This document shows, piece by piece, positions 31,253 through 32,309 of a stretch of 32,309 bases of DNA; position 1 is the first letter of the stretch; each line of letters starts with the position of its first letter. The notes under the pieces are model-generated. The model saw only the letters and a program-made list of their open reading frames with translations, had not been told where the DNA came from and made no database searches. Where the stretch lies: NCBI GenBank assembly GCA_008369845.1, contig MRSU01006942.1, forward strand, positions 1 to 32,309, given 5' to 3'. Both the position numbers and the translations under genes were made by a program. Source of the DNA: Trichomonas gallinae. Lineage: Eukaryota.

Positions 31253-31307
31253 TTTGGAAAAAAAGCTAAAGAAAATTCTTTACAATAAATAACGTTCATT
31301 TGAAATC

Positions 31308-31334
31308 TGTCATGTAAAAATAATTTACGTGTCA
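31308..31334. promoter_or_regulatory. Inverted pair of TTTACRTGDCA motifs
   Basis: TGTCATGTAAA-aataa-TTTACGTGTCA, 56-82 bp upstream of the TTG at 31252. Confidence 0.55.
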
Positions 31335-31676
31335 AACATTTTTATACTATTTCATTATTGACAAAATCATTGAATATTACATTAATAATTCCTTATGGTT
31401 CACTCAAATAAATGAGGAAGAATCATCACTGGCTGATTAAGCAATGTTCATTCACTAATTGAAGTTTTTGGCTTGAAAAAACTATGTTAATCTTTGCGTG
31501 AATTATAATCAAATACATAGCATGCTATTGACATGAATCAATCACATTTTAGTAGAAAAGGATCAATTAAATTGAATATAATGATTTTGTGTAAATGCAA
31601 TAGATAGTGGATTGCAGTATTGTATATAAAATGGAAATCAAAAAAAATGAGTAATTCAAGAAAAAATAAATTAATT

Positions 31677-32309
31677 TTATTTGGTTGTAAGGCAGACACC
31701 ACGAAGGACCCAGTGAAGAGCGTTAAGCTTAGGATCAGCTGTCTGAAGTGGAATAGAGATGATATAGTTCAAGTCTGTTCTCTGTGAGCTCTTGTAGATT
31801 GGGGCCATGTATGTGCGATCTTTAGAAAGTGGGATGATCGGCGGTGGCTTGGCCTTTGGATCACGCTGAGATGTGCCGAGCTTGATAAGTGGCATCTCGT
31901 TACGAAGGTCAGTGACAAGCTTCTGCGACTTGCCCTTGCCTGTAACTGATACGAGTTCAGCGAGACCGTAGGTTGTTGTGGAGTTGGCACCGACTGTCTT
32001 GATCCAGCGAGCGCCTTCGAGCCAGAATCCACGGCAGTAGACAGAGATGATTGTTGGGCCGTTGGCTGGCTTGTCGCTGTCGCCTTTTGTGGAGCGGCCG
32101 CCGAGTGGCTGAACTTCTGAATCGAGAGATGTCTGATCGAGCTGCCAGCCAGCGTTGGCACGAACTGTCTCCTGGCGGAGGGATGTGACGAAACCACCTG
32201 GGTTGAACATACCACCGAGCCAGAATGTATCCATCTTCGTGCCCTGGTTGATCCATGTGTTGTACTGCTGGTATCTGGCCTTGACTTCGTCGAACCAGCC
32301 CTTGAGTGT
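31677..32309 (-). CDS. Axonemal dynein heavy chain, C-terminal end (outer-arm gamma, DNAH5/8-like); 5' part outside the window
   Basis: The frame is open to the window edge (TLKGWFDEVKARYQQYNTWI...). It contains FWLGGMFNPGGFVTSLRQE, GFWLEGARW, APIYK...RTDLNYI and HWVLRGV; RTDLNYI is typical of DNAH5/8-type chains. Confidence 0.9.
   Translation of the reverse strand, partial: TLKGWFDEVKARYQQYNTWINQGTKMDTFWLGGMFNPGGFVTSLRQETVRANAGWQLDQTSLDSEVQPLGGRSTKGDSDKPANGPTIISVYCRGFWLEGARWIKTVGANSTTTYGLAELVSVTGKGKSQKLVTDLRNEMPLIKLGTSQRDPKAKPPPIIPLSKDRTYMAPIYKSSQRTDLNYIISIPLQTADPKLNALHWVLRGVCLTTK

Noticed and set aside
31253..31299. Short intron linking ATG 31299 to the M60-like ORF
   Set aside because: The GT...AG candidates checked (28 nt and 18 nt) do not restore the frame, there is no ACTAAC/TCTAA-type branch motif, and splicing would bury the MGC signal.
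1521..31679. Exclusive TAA stops as a sign of an alternative genetic code
   Set aside because: All long ORFs translate uninterrupted with the standard code. A strong TAA preference is expected in AT-rich trichomonads, where UAAA also serves as the polyadenylation signal.

Overview
AT-rich, gene-dense and apparently intron-less eukaryotic DNA, most likely from a trichomonad such as Trichomonas vaginalis. This is inferred from the gene families, TCA(T/C)(T/A) initiator elements just upstream of ATGs, AAAGTGAC promoter motifs, and TAA at all 13 visible stops. I support 14 protein-coding genes: a truncated secreted/surface protein missing from the ORF track, a bacterial-type nitroreductase, a pseudokinase-ankyrin-CAAX protein, a PAK kinase, a divergent Sec13/Seh1-like propeller, a small membrane protein, a FAM184-like coiled coil, CK2-alpha, DAW1/ODA16, TAF1, CDC50, Furry/Tao3, a TCAF/M60-like pseudo-peptidase, and the 3' end of an axonemal dynein heavy chain. 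I see no multi-gene novel system, CRISPR array or intact transposon. The most interesting signals are: (1) an 11-bp motif TTTACRTGDCA found 11 times, only just upstream of start codons and often paired; (2) a 7-copy AAAAGTGAC array in the TAF1/CDC50 divergent promoter; (3) a CpG-rich island with a long hairpin at about 1055-1135; (4) an MGC-type acylation N-terminus that begins at TTG rather than ATG; (5) a PAK with two tandem CRIB-like motifs.
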